Below, piece by piece: positions 19,829 through 28,376 of a DNA stretch of 64,000 nt (positions are counted from its first letter, which is position 1; every line of letters begins with the position of its first letter). The notes beneath the pieces are model-generated. The model was given only the letters and a program-made list of their open reading frames with translations, was not told the DNA's origin and made no database searches. Source of the DNA: Candidatus Omnitrophota bacterium (GTDB taxonomy: Bacteria > Omnitrophota > Gorgyraeia > Gygaellales > Profunditerraquicolaceae). The translations under genes were made by a program, and so were the position numbers. The stretch is from NCBI GenBank assembly GCA_028715415.1, contig JAQURX010000003.1, positions 57,903-121,902 of the forward strand, written 5' to 3'.

Positions 19829-20685
19829 ATAAAAAACAATTATCCGCTATTAACACAAAGAAAAAATACAATTGGATTAGGCCCAAAAAAAAGAGGTTTT
19901 GTGCTGATGTTCGAGAAAATCCTACTGCTTGGATTTTAGCAGCGGTAGCATTGATATCTTTATACCTTACATATAGCAATGTTGAATTAGTTAATAGACC
20001 ATTCGTGGGTATAGAACGGGTTGCTTGGCTAGAAATGCAAAATACAGATTGGTTTGAATCTTGGTTCAAAATAAAGAATTATGGTAATAAACCAGCACTG
20101 GATTATTCTGTAGTTAATTTTAGAGTTATAGTTATGAGTTTAAATAAAGACCTGCTTAAAGAAAAACTAAAGAATGATAATAAACAATTGTTAGAGCAGT
20201 ACCTTAATGAATATTTTCTAGACTTAAGGAATAAAGTATGTCGTGAGACTACTAATTTGTTGGCAGATTATTTTTATAAGTTTCCAAATGCTACTCAATC
20301 TGAAGTCGTCAGTTTTTTAGATTCGTGGAGTAAGAAATTGTCCAGAGATAATATTCTAAAATATAACGGAAAATTGCTTGTAGGAAAGATAGAAGTTAAT
20401 AATGATATGTTCGACTATTTTTTAAGAAACTCACAGCTTATTTATCCAAATGAAGACAATCTAATGGAGACATTAAAAACGCAAATGGGAAGTGGTGGGA
20501 TATCAGGAGTAAGAAATGGAGACAATTTCATTATTATATATTGGGCTATCAAATATAAAGGGCTAACCAATAAATTTTTAACCCCCTGGATTCCTAAGAT
20601 GTATTCTACATATTATATTGGTTATAATTCTGAATCGCAAACTAGAGAATTACAAGAGTTTAGGAGTTGGAGTAACGTTAAATAA
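19825..20685 (+). CDS. hypothetical membrane-anchored protein (single N-terminal TM)
   Basis: 286 aa. TM segment AWILAAVALISLYLTY after a basic N-terminus. No family recognised. Confidence 0.4.
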   Translation: MNKKQLSAINTKKKYNWIRPKKKRFCADVRENPTAWILAAVALISLYLTYSNVELVNRPFVGIERVAWLEMQNTDWFESWFKIKNYGNKPALDYSVVNFRVIVMSLNKDLLKEKLKNDNKQLLEQYLNEYFLDLRNKVCRETTNLLADYFYKFPNATQSEVVSFLDSWSKKLSRDNILKYNGKLLVGKIEVNNDMFDYFLRNSQLIYPNEDNLMETLKTQMGSGGISGVRNGDNFIIIYWAIKYKGLTNKFLTPWIPKMYSTYYIGYNSESQTRELQEFRSWSNVK

Positions 20686-20740
20686 ATGGCCAAACAAGAA
20701 AAAATCGACCAATGGTCTAAGCTTTATTGTAAGCAGATAT

Positions 20741-21394
20741 ATGATGATTGCAGATAAATTTTTTAATGATACAATTTCAAGATTTCCTGTTTTAGAAGAA
20801 GGGGGAAGTTTTTATGAGATGGCAGTAAATCTTCTTAATAACAACTTTAAGGTTGAGGCATGTCTTTTGATACTTGCTACATGGAATTTTGCTTATTTTC
20901 GTTATGTTGTAAAAGAACTCGATATTAATAGCTTTAGGAGAGCCCTTGAAGCCATTACTCCCGAGTTTTATAATATCCAAAATGAGGAATTAAGGAGTAT
21001 CGATTTTAAAAAACAAGGTAATGATATTGAAAAAATATATAATACTTTATCTTCATTTTCTGCAATTAAAGCCACAGGTGCTTCAAAAATTATGCATCTC
21101 TATAACAGAAAACTATTTATTATGTGGGACCGCTATATCCGAGGGGAAAAGCCTAAAAAGCATTATCAAGAGCTCGAAATATACAAAAATAGCTATATGG
21201 TTTATAAAAAGTATAATACCGATGGCAAAGGCTATATTCAATTTTTACAAGATATGTCAAAGCTTTTTTACAATGTAACTTTTAAGGATAATGGGAAAAC
21301 TTTTGCTAAAGCAATAGACGAATTCAATTATGTTAGTATAACAATTCCATACCAAGGATTAGAAAAAAAGTTAAAAAAGAAGAAAAAGAAATAA
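20741..21394 (+). CDS. hypothetical protein (Lys-rich C-terminus)
   Basis: The ORF track gives 20618, but that start overlaps the upstream gene by 68 nt. The in-frame ATG at 20741 (MMIADKFF) is the more likely start. No family recognised. Confidence 0.35.
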   Translation: MMIADKFFNDTISRFPVLEEGGSFYEMAVNLLNNNFKVEACLLILATWNFAYFRYVVKELDINSFRRALEAITPEFYNIQNEELRSIDFKKQGNDIEKIYNTLSSFSAIKATGASKIMHLYNRKLFIMWDRYIRGEKPKKHYQELEIYKNSYMVYKKYNTDGKGYIQFLQDMSKLFYNVTFKDNGKTFAKAIDEFNYVSITIPYQGLEKKLKKKKKK

Positions 21395-21411
21395 AGGTAG
21401 ACATTTAACAA

Positions 21412-21627
21412 TTAAAATTTTAACAGCTCGGCAGGTTTTACCTTTAACGCTTTAGCAAGTTTTTCAATAGTATCAATCTTTAAAGCAGGTGGATTTTTTC
21501 CTTCGATACGTTGCAAGTACTTATAATCAATTTGAGCTAACTCAGAAAGTTTCTCCTGAGTAAGACCTAGCTTCAATCTCAATTCTTTAATTCTCTTACC
21601 CAATTTTAGTCTTATATTAGTCTCCAT
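21412..21627 (-). CDS. XRE-family HTH transcriptional regulator
   Basis: 71 aa. LGLTQEKLSELAQIDYKYLQRIEGKNPPALKIDTIEKLAKALKV is a canonical Cro/C1 HTH. Divergent from the PEP-CTERM gene. Confidence 0.8.
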   Translation of the reverse strand: METNIRLKLGKRIKELRLKLGLTQEKLSELAQIDYKYLQRIEGKNPPALKIDTIEKLAKALKVKPAELLKF

Positions 21628-21730
21628 ACACCGTATTATGCCACGGTGAATTATCTCTTGACACCTAACTATAGTAGGGTGTATAATAATTCAATAATTA
21701 ACCGTTGTTTATGACAGTTGGAGGTAAAAA

Positions 21731-22672
21731 GTGAAAAAACTATTATTGTTAATGATTCTGTTGGCAACTTCTGTAACTATGAATGCATCGGCATCTGACT
21801 TTAATATTGTTAAATTAACAGATAACGATGTCAATGATAAATTTCCTGATATATACGAAGATAATGTGGTATGGCAGCATTGGGATAAAGTAAGAAGCAA
21901 CTATGAGATTTATTTAAATAGTATTGAGGTAACTAACAATAAAAAAGATGATACTATGCCCGTGATTTTTGGTAGCAATATCGCATGGACAGGCATGGAT
22001 CAGCAGTATCCTTATTATCGCAGAATATATAAAAATGGTGTACCTATAACCAATCCCGGAGATATTATAGGAAATCCAGTTATGAATAGTGGTAATGTTG
22101 TGTGGTCTTCAACTTACGATATCTTTCTCAATGGTACAAAAATTACTAATTCAAATAACGAATATAATTTAAATCCATCTATTTATGGGAATAATATTGT
22201 TTGGACGAATCGTTCTCTCGCTAAGCCAGAGTCAGGAGCAGAAATATATTTTAATGGCGCAAATATATCAAATAATGATACTGCTGATGACCACCCAGAT
22301 ATTTTTGAGAGCAATATTGTATGGCAGAGCTGGGATAATGCAAATAATTGTTGGCAGATTTACAAGAATGGTAATCTTGTCACTAGTGGGAATAATAATA
22401 AAGTGGCCCCTAAAATATATGGGGAAGATATAGTTTGGATGGAAAATGACGGGAATCATTGGCAGATTGTTTATAACGGAAAGTATCTTACCGCAGGTGA
22501 TTATGATAACTATTCACCGGAAATCTACGGGGATAAGATTGTATGGATGCAGTTTGATGGCAATGACTATGAGATATATAAAGCGACAGTTACTCCTGAG
22601 CCCGCTTCATTTTTACTCTTTGGTATGGGTGGTTTGATAATTAGAATCTTAAAAAGAAGAAAAAAAGTATAA
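21731..22672 (+). CDS. secreted repeat protein with PEP-CTERM sorting signal
   Basis: Signal peptide MKKLLLLMILLATSVTMNASA. About six ~45-aa repeats containing (N/D)IVW...YxNG. C-terminus VTPEPASFLLFGMGGLIIRILKRRKKV is PEP, then a TM helix, then a basic tail. Confidence 0.7.
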   Translation: MKKLLLLMILLATSVTMNASASDFNIVKLTDNDVNDKFPDIYEDNVVWQHWDKVRSNYEIYLNSIEVTNNKKDDTMPVIFGSNIAWTGMDQQYPYYRRIYKNGVPITNPGDIIGNPVMNSGNVVWSSTYDIFLNGTKITNSNNEYNLNPSIYGNNIVWTNRSLAKPESGAEIYFNGANISNNDTADDHPDIFESNIVWQSWDNANNCWQIYKNGNLVTSGNNNKVAPKIYGEDIVWMENDGNHWQIVYNGKYLTAGDYDNYSPEIYGDKIVWMQFDGNDYEIYKATVTPEPASFLLFGMGGLIIRILKRRKKV

Positions 22673-23175
22673 GTATTCGTAACTTTATTAGGGCATGTTA
22701 TTTTATTGTATTTGGGATAATAACGCATATTTGGAATATTAATGACGCTTATGCTGCTTCTTGTTAGGTTGTCAACTAACAATGCTAATTTTATTATTTT
22801 ATTGAAAAATTAAGAGATATTTGATAGGCATTTCTAAGTTTGTTCGCCGCAATCATTCCTGTGTTATTAAAAATAGCATTTTTCTCCGTGCGATAATCTC
22901 GCTAGTTAGACGTAAAATCTAGTCAAAAGTCTTATATCATCTGTAAACTCCCCTAATTTTTCAAGAAAAACAGTTTTTATCTTGAAAAAGCCTTAAATAG
23001 ACCACATTTATTGGATTTAGAGTATAAAAGACATAGATATGCAGTCGTATTGAATGGCATGACTTAGATTTATAAGCTAAATTATACCCATCTCGCCATT
23101 AAAAAATATGATATAATTAATTATCTTAAGAAGGATAAATGGTTAAGATTTGTTTTTATTATGTAAGGAAAAACT

Positions 23176-23781
23176 ATGTGCACCAATTTTGAATTAAGAC
23201 AGCTGTTAAAATGGGGAGCAGTAAAGTATGTTTATGTGAATAAAGAGAATAAATTCTTCTTATTCAATAGCCCAGGAAAGAAAATTATGAGTAAGCATGC
23301 TGTAGCTACTTCTGCAGGGGAATATCAAGAGCATATAAGTTATCACTGTGCTATATTTACTGGGAGTAAAATAATCTATCCTTACGATAAGAAAGCGATT
23401 CGTTATTTTCTTGATGCATATGGAAAGAAAATTATAGCATCTCCCGAATTCTTGATAAATAACGTTATGAATGCCGACTTAGTAATTAACTCTCCCAAGT
23501 ATCTCAAGCCTATAAAGGATTTACTGAGGCAGATAGGTGTACTTAAAGAAACTAGGGGTAAAATTAAGAAAACTGATGAGACTACTAAGATACTTAGAGC
23601 TTTTATAGTTAAAGAGTTTAAGGGTATTCAAAAAAAGAGACCTTTACCCATAAACATATTATCCGATAGATTAACAAAGAAAGTGGATTCGATGTTTCCG
23701 GATGATTCAGAAACTGCAGAAAAATATTACTGGAGCTTTGCCACCATCAGGAGGATTATAAAAGATTGCAACAAAAAATAA
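23176..23781 (+). CDS. hypothetical protein
   Basis: 201-aa ORF in the island with no recognisable motif. The start is uncertain; an internal Met at MSKHAVATS is possible. Confidence 0.3.
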   Translation: MCTNFELRQLLKWGAVKYVYVNKENKFFLFNSPGKKIMSKHAVATSAGEYQEHISYHCAIFTGSKIIYPYDKKAIRYFLDAYGKKIIASPEFLINNVMNADLVINSPKYLKPIKDLLRQIGVLKETRGKIKKTDETTKILRAFIVKEFKGIQKKRPLPINILSDRLTKKVDSMFPDDSETAEKYYWSFATIRRIIKDCNKK

Positions 23782-23908
23782 TTTTTTTCACGCAAAACTA
23801 ATTTTCTTGGCTTAGCGTAAAAATACCCAACATTTAGTAAAATGAAACCTGTGTTCAAAAGACACAGGTTTTTTATTTGTTCAACATTTTATATCAAGGA
23901 GGAATGCG

Positions 23909-24637
23909 ATGGAAAGTAAGAGAAGTCTAGAAAATCTTAGAGACTGCGTAAGGTACTATTACGAAAACGGAGCAGAGAGAGGAAGCGAATTTAAGAAAAT
24001 GAGACACGCAATAATTGTTGAGCTTAAGAGGCTCAATTATGAATCAACGGAAATAAAGGGGATGCTATTAGCATGGAATAAAAAATGCGAGAAAGTATTG
24101 CCTTATAAAGAACAAAAAAGACAGTTATTAGACTACATTGATTGGGTAGACAAGAAAGAGACAAAAGGCAAGACCATGAAAGTCGGTTGTCGGGCTTTAA
24201 AGGACTATTGCATAGGAGAAGATAGGTGTTTGTTCAATAAGCAAAGAGTCTATTTGGGTAGAAAAGCTACAGAGGATCCGCCTTTTAAGATAGATGAATT
24301 AGTAAAGTTTTTGGAAACAAGATACAAAGGAACAAATGGCTACGTTATGTATTTAATCACAAAAAACCTAAGACAATACCAAATGAAAAAAGGTTTAGGT
24401 GAAGTAATCTTTATTGGACATAAAAGTATCTCGGATTTAATAAGAGATAATGATGGACATACTATAGAGATAATGGCAATAAACAGAAGAATAAAAGATT
24501 TAATCAGTGAGGGCATTATAGAGATAGTTGTCAAAGGGAAAAAAGGAAGTTTTTCAGTTGAGGCTAATGGATACAGATTCTTACCCTGGAAGCCCCCATC
24601 TGAGTATGCATCTCATGAACAAACGGATTCAATTTAA
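23909..24637 (+). CDS. hypothetical protein (possible island replication/primase-like function; unassigned)
   Basis: 242 aa with RBS AAGGAGG upstream. Cys cluster VGCRALKDYCIGEDRCLF. Lies between cargo and the alpA/int module, where satellite elements often carry replication genes. This is inference only. Confidence 0.35.
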   Translation: MESKRSLENLRDCVRYYYENGAERGSEFKKMRHAIIVELKRLNYESTEIKGMLLAWNKKCEKVLPYKEQKRQLLDYIDWVDKKETKGKTMKVGCRALKDYCIGEDRCLFNKQRVYLGRKATEDPPFKIDELVKFLETRYKGTNGYVMYLITKNLRQYQMKKGLGEVIFIGHKSISDLIRDNDGHTIEIMAINRRIKDLISEGIIEIVVKGKKGSFSVEANGYRFLPWKPPSEYASHEQTDSI

Positions 24638-24677
24638 TACATATGTATAACATTTATATTATTGAAGGAGATTAGAA

Positions 24678-24950
24678 ATGCGAAGTAAAACTTTATTGTA
24701 TGGTGTAAATTTTAAGTGTAGACAGTGTGTCGGAAAATGCAAGCAATGGCAACAAATAATAATTGTTTATTGTCCAATGTTTGAATCAATCTTGGCTGAT
24801 AAGTCAGATGGTCTACCATCTGAGCACGAGAAATTAGTAGCAGAGCTTCAAGGTAAAAGAAATTTAGTGAAGACAAGTACTAACTCTATCTTTTTTACAG
24901 ATATAGGTTCTAAGCATAAGAAAGAGATAAAGCATCGTTTTAAGGAGTAA
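24678..24950 (+). CDS. hypothetical small Cys-containing protein
   Basis: 90 aa with CRQCVGKC...C. RBS GAAGGAG upstream. Confidence 0.3.
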   Translation: MRSKTLLYGVNFKCRQCVGKCKQWQQIIIVYCPMFESILADKSDGLPSEHEKLVAELQGKRNLVKTSTNSIFFTDIGSKHKKEIKHRFKE

Positions 24951-24959
24951 CTATTTAAA

Positions 24960-25145
24960 ATGATTGTTAAAAGATTTTTAAATGTGGAGGAATTGGCAGA
25001 ATACTTAGGATTTGCTGTAGGTACTCTCTATGTATGGGTATGCCGTAAAAAGATTCCATACTTAAAAATAGGTAGGACAGTTAAGTTTGATTTACAAGAA
25101 ATCGAGAATTGGCTTAAAGATAAAAGAATAAGGGAATTATCTTGA
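24960..25145 (+). CDS. alpA: AlpA/excisionase-family DNA-binding protein
   Basis: 61 aa. LNVEELAEYLGFAVGTLYVWVCRKKIPYLKIGRTVKFDLQEIENWL matches the AlpA/MerR-like excisionase HTH. Immediately upstream of the integrase. Confidence 0.65.
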   Translation: MIVKRFLNVEELAEYLGFAVGTLYVWVCRKKIPYLKIGRTVKFDLQEIENWLKDKRIRELS

Positions 25146-25221
25146 CTTTCTATATGGTTATGTAACCATCCAAGGAATAAAGCAGAAGTCAATAACTTGA
25201 AGAAATTAATAGGAGAATAGT

Positions 25222-26292
25222 ATGGGTATTTATTTAAGAAAAGATAACTGGTATATAGATTATTATGCAAATGGCATACGTAAGCGTGAAAAGATAGGTA
25301 CTAGTAAGAAGCTTGCTGAAACTGTATTACAAAAGCGTAAAGTTCAGGTTGCAGAAGGTAAGTTTCTAGATATAAAACGAGAAAAGAAGATAAAATTTGA
25401 CGATTTTGCTAATGAGTATTTAGAGGTTTATTCTAAGCCTAATAATAGGTCATGGAAAGCAGATTTGCATAATCTTAACAGGTTGAAATCATTTTTTGAT
25501 GGAGTATGCCTTCATGAAATTACACCTTTACTAGTTGAAAGATTCAAGGTAGAGAGGGTAAAAGAAGTGAAGCCCGCTACAGTAAATAGAGCTTTAGCAA
25601 GATTAAAATCAATCTTCAATAAAGCTATTGCTTGGGGTAAGTTTAATGGCGTGAATCCAGTTAATAGTGTAAAATTCTTTCCAGAGGATAATCAGAGAAC
25701 TCGTTATCTTGAAAAAGAAGAAATTATAAAGTTTTTTGAGTATTGCAGTGGGAATATAAAGCCTATAGTCATAGTTGCTCTAAACACAGGAATGAGAAAA
25801 GGGGAGATACTCAATCTTAAATGGCACGATATTGATTTCAAAAGAGACATAATTTATCTTTTAAAGACTAAGAACAATAGCAAAAGAGAAATACCAATGA
25901 ATGAGGCAGCAAAGACGGCTTTAATCAAAGTTAAGAAGCATGTTGATAGCCCGTATATATTCTGTGGTAAAGACGGTAGACCCTTACAAAACATAAGAAA
26001 ATCATTCTTTACAGCACTAGAAAAGGCAGGTATAATTAACTTTCGATTCCATGATTTGAGACATACCTTTGCTTCTCAGCTAGTAATGTCTGGAGTAGAT
26101 TTAAACACGGTTAGGGAGCTTTTAGGTCATAAGTCTCTAGAAATGACTTTGAGATACAGCCACCTATCTCCTGACCATAAGAAGCGAGCAGTTGATGTTT
26201 TAGGCGAGCGGATAGACACTTTTTGGTCACCAGAGGTTAATGAAGCAAAAGTGCCAGAAAACACCAGGCTCGCAACAGTCTTAACTACATAA
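25222..26292 (+). CDS. int: tyrosine recombinase (phage-type integrase)
   Basis: 356 aa. Catalytic region FHDLRHTFASQL...LGHKSLEMTLRYSHL (R...HxxR...Y). N-terminal SAM-like domain. Ends 14 nt before tRNA-Gln. Confidence 0.85.
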   Translation: MGIYLRKDNWYIDYYANGIRKREKIGTSKKLAETVLQKRKVQVAEGKFLDIKREKKIKFDDFANEYLEVYSKPNNRSWKADLHNLNRLKSFFDGVCLHEITPLLVERFKVERVKEVKPATVNRALARLKSIFNKAIAWGKFNGVNPVNSVKFFPEDNQRTRYLEKEEIIKFFEYCSGNIKPIVIVALNTGMRKGEILNLKWHDIDFKRDIIYLLKTKNNSKREIPMNEAAKTALIKVKKHVDSPYIFCGKDGRPLQNIRKSFFTALEKAGIINFRFHDLRHTFASQLVMSGVDLNTVRELLGHKSLEMTLRYSHLSPDHKKRAVDVLGERIDTFWSPEVNEAKVPENTRLATVLTT

Positions 26293-26306
26293 AGTTATAA
26301 TGATTT

Positions 26307-26381
26307 TGCCCTGTCGTCTAATTGGTAGGACTTCAGATTCTGGATCTGACTATCATGGTTCGATTCCATGCGGGGCAGCCA
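26307..26381 (+). tRNA. tRNA-Gln (anticodon CUG)
   Basis: Folded by hand. Acceptor TGCCCTG/CGGGGCA (one G-U pair), D-stem GTCT/GGAC, anticodon stem TCAGA/TCTGA with loop TTCTGGA (anticodon CTG), T-arm CATGG-TTCGATT-CCATG, discriminator G, encoded CCA. 75 nt. Confidence 0.85.
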
Positions 26382-26386
26382 AAGTT
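26363..26386. repeat. 24-bp direct repeat copy 1 (tRNA-Gln 3' end ATTCCATGCGGGGCAGCCAAAGTT)
   Basis: Identical 24-mer recurs at 26519-26542. Confidence 0.7.
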
Positions 26387-26518
26387 AATACTTGAGCTGT
26401 TCTTGTAGATGTGGTTCGTCCCTGTTGAGCCTTCGGCTCAACAGGGATTAATTCGCGGGCGCTTTACTACAACTTATGTCGCTCGCTTCGCTCGTTCCAT
26501 AAGTTGTCCGCTCATTAA

Positions 26519-26542
26519 ATTCCATGCGGGGCAGCCAAAGTT
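26519..26542. repeat. 24-bp direct repeat copy 2 (att-like duplicate of the tRNA-Gln 3' end)
   Basis: Identical to 26363-26386. The 132-bp spacer contains a perfect 12-bp stem hairpin at 26420-26446. Confidence 0.7.
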
Positions 26543-26563
26543 TAGTAAACGAGTTTTATTTTG

Positions 26564-26600
26564 AGCTCTGTAACAGAATATGTTGCAGAGCTTTTTATTT
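26564..26600 (+). terminator. rho-independent terminator-like hairpin (AGCTCTG...CAGAGCT followed by TTTTTATTT)
   Basis: Read directly from the sequence. Lies downstream of the second att-like repeat and upstream of znuA. Confidence 0.45.
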
Positions 26601-26634
26601 ACAACTTTAAAATGGAAGTGGTATAATTAAACAA

Positions 26635-27525
26635 ATGAAAATTAGACGAAAGATAATTAGTTTTTTCACAGCCCTTTGTTTATTCACTAGTTTCTGCTCT
26701 ATCTTAGACGCCAAAGCAGCAGAAATAAAGGGGATTAAGGTAGTTACTTCATTCTATCCTGTTTATATTTTGGCTAAAAATGTTGCAAGGGATGTTCCAG
26801 GGGTTTTAGTTCAAAATTTCACTCCGCCAATGACAGGTTGCCTTCATGACTATACAGTATCAACCAATGATATGAGGAAATTAGCTGATGCGCAGGTTTT
26901 TGTTGCTAATGGCGCAGGGGCGGAGTCTTTTTTGGATAAAATTGTAAACGGCTACCCTAATCTTAAAATTGTAGATTTATCTAAGGATATACCATTGATT
27001 AAAGGTTTAAGCGGGGAATATAATTCCCATGTTTGGGTGAGCATATCTAATTCAATAAGCCAAGCAAAAATTTTAGGCAAGGCCTTGGGAGAATTTGACC
27101 CGGCTCATAAAGAGCTTTACGATAAAAACACAATTGAGTATGTTGCAAAGCTTGAAGTGTTACGTGAAAAGATGCATTCTGAATTAGCGGAATTTAAGGC
27201 AAGAGCGATAATTACATTCCACGAAGCATTCCCTTATTTCTCCGAAGAGTTCGGTTTTAACATTATTGCTGTTGTAGAAAGGGAGCCCGGAAGCGAACCA
27301 AGTGCCAAGGAACTTGCTGATACGATAGAGATAGTAAGAAAGCATAATGTTGTTCCATTGTTTGTGGAACCGCAGTATCCAGCTTCCGTTGCCAAAACTA
27401 TTGCAAAAGAAACCAAGGCTTCAATTTATATCCTTGATCCGGTTGTTATCGGCCCCGATGATTATGATGCCTATTTAGATATTATGGAAAATAACTTAAA
27501 GATTTTAAAACAAGCTTTACGATAG
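26635..27525 (+). CDS. znuA: zinc/manganese ABC transporter substrate-binding protein (ZnuA/TroA family)
   Basis: 296 aa with signal peptide. GIKVVTSFYPVYILAKNV and the overall cluster A-I SBP pattern. Followed by ABC ATPase and permease genes. Confidence 0.8.
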   Translation: MKIRRKIISFFTALCLFTSFCSILDAKAAEIKGIKVVTSFYPVYILAKNVARDVPGVLVQNFTPPMTGCLHDYTVSTNDMRKLADAQVFVANGAGAESFLDKIVNGYPNLKIVDLSKDIPLIKGLSGEYNSHVWVSISNSISQAKILGKALGEFDPAHKELYDKNTIEYVAKLEVLREKMHSELAEFKARAIITFHEAFPYFSEEFGFNIIAVVEREPGSEPSAKELADTIEIVRKHNVVPLFVEPQYPASVAKTIAKETKASIYILDPVVIGPDDYDAYLDIMENNLKILKQALR

Positions 27526-27545
27526 ATAATAAATGGAGAAAGGCT

Positions 27546-28376
27546 TTGGCAAGAACCTGTGAACATTGCTGTACGAAGATAGATAATTTAACCGTTAGGT
27601 TTGGCAGCAATACTATTTTAGATAAGGTCAATCTTCATGTTAATTGCGGTGAAGTTATTGGAGTAGTCGGGCCGAACGGCGCCGGTAAAACCACTCTTCT
27701 AAGGACAATGCTTGGAGAGATCCCATATCAAGGCAATATAGCTTTCCGGATAGAAGGGAGAATTTCTAAAAAGCCGAAAATCGGCTATGTCCCCCAAAAA
27801 TTGCAATTTGATATTAGTTCTCCCATTAGCGTTGCGGATGTTGTGGCCGCAGCGGTTAGTTTTCATCCAATCTGGACGGGGATAAGCAAGGATTTGTTAA
27901 GGAAAGTAGAAGGTGTTTTGTCTTTATTCTCTGCACAGCATTTATTAACTAGGAAATTAAGCGAACTTTCTGGAGGAGAACTGCAACGTGTATTGCTTGC
28001 TATGGCTATGACTCCCTCCCCCCAGCTTTTACTTTTGGATGAGCCTGCTAGCGGCGTAGATGCCAAGGGTTTATCTCTTTTTTACCAGATAGTAGACGAC
28101 CTTAGAAAGAAACATGATATTGCGGTAATTTTAGTCACGCATGATTTAGGAGGGATTTCTTCTTATATTGACAGGCTTATTCTTCTTAATCATTCTGTTA
28201 TCGCGGAAGGAGAGCCAAAAGAAGTTCTTTCCAATGAGAAGCTGATAAAAGCATTTGGCCCTGCGCTTTGGAATATCTCTTGCCTTCCCATAACAAATGG
28301 GACACCAAACCATCCGATAGGTTTGGGTGGCCGGATTCCAGAATCTTCAGAAGGCGGTAAACATGGCAGCCATTGA
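27546..28376 (+). CDS. znuC: zinc/manganese ABC transporter ATP-binding protein
   Basis: Walker A GPNGAGKTTLLRT, signature LSGGELQRVLLA, Walker B LLLDEP. Confidence 0.8.
   Translation: MARTCEHCCTKIDNLTVRFGSNTILDKVNLHVNCGEVIGVVGPNGAGKTTLLRTMLGEIPYQGNIAFRIEGRISKKPKIGYVPQKLQFDISSPISVADVVAAAVSFHPIWTGISKDLLRKVEGVLSLFSAQHLLTRKLSELSGGELQRVLLAMAMTPSPQLLLLDEPASGVDAKGLSLFYQIVDDLRKKHDIAVILVTHDLGGISSYIDRLILLNHSVIAEGEPKEVLSNEKLIKAFGPALWNISCLPITNGTPNHPIGLGGRIPESSEGGKHGSH

Larger units (their letters stand above)
11973..26386. mobile_element. tRNA-Gln-associated integrative genomic island (~14.4 kb; tyrosine integrase plus AlpA-like excisionase at the right end, defense-type cargo)
   Basis: Partial tRNA 5' half at the left boundary. 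Intact tRNA-Gln immediately 3' of the integrase at the right boundary. The cargo is entirely accessory: DUF4238, HExxH protein, type III RM, unknown genes, PEP-CTERM protein. Confidence 0.65.

Noticed and set aside
20618-20740. ORF-track start at 20618 for the 258-aa protein
   Set aside because: It overlaps the preceding gene by 68 nt and begins with a non-hydrophilic read-through peptide. The ATG at 20741 is the more plausible start.
22185-22782. Four overlapping ORFs on both strands (22185-22433, 22268-22459, 22446-22637, 22567-22782)
   Set aside because: All lie inside the PEP-CTERM repeat-protein gene and are alternative frames of its repetitive sequence. Their translations are low-complexity and Ile-rich.
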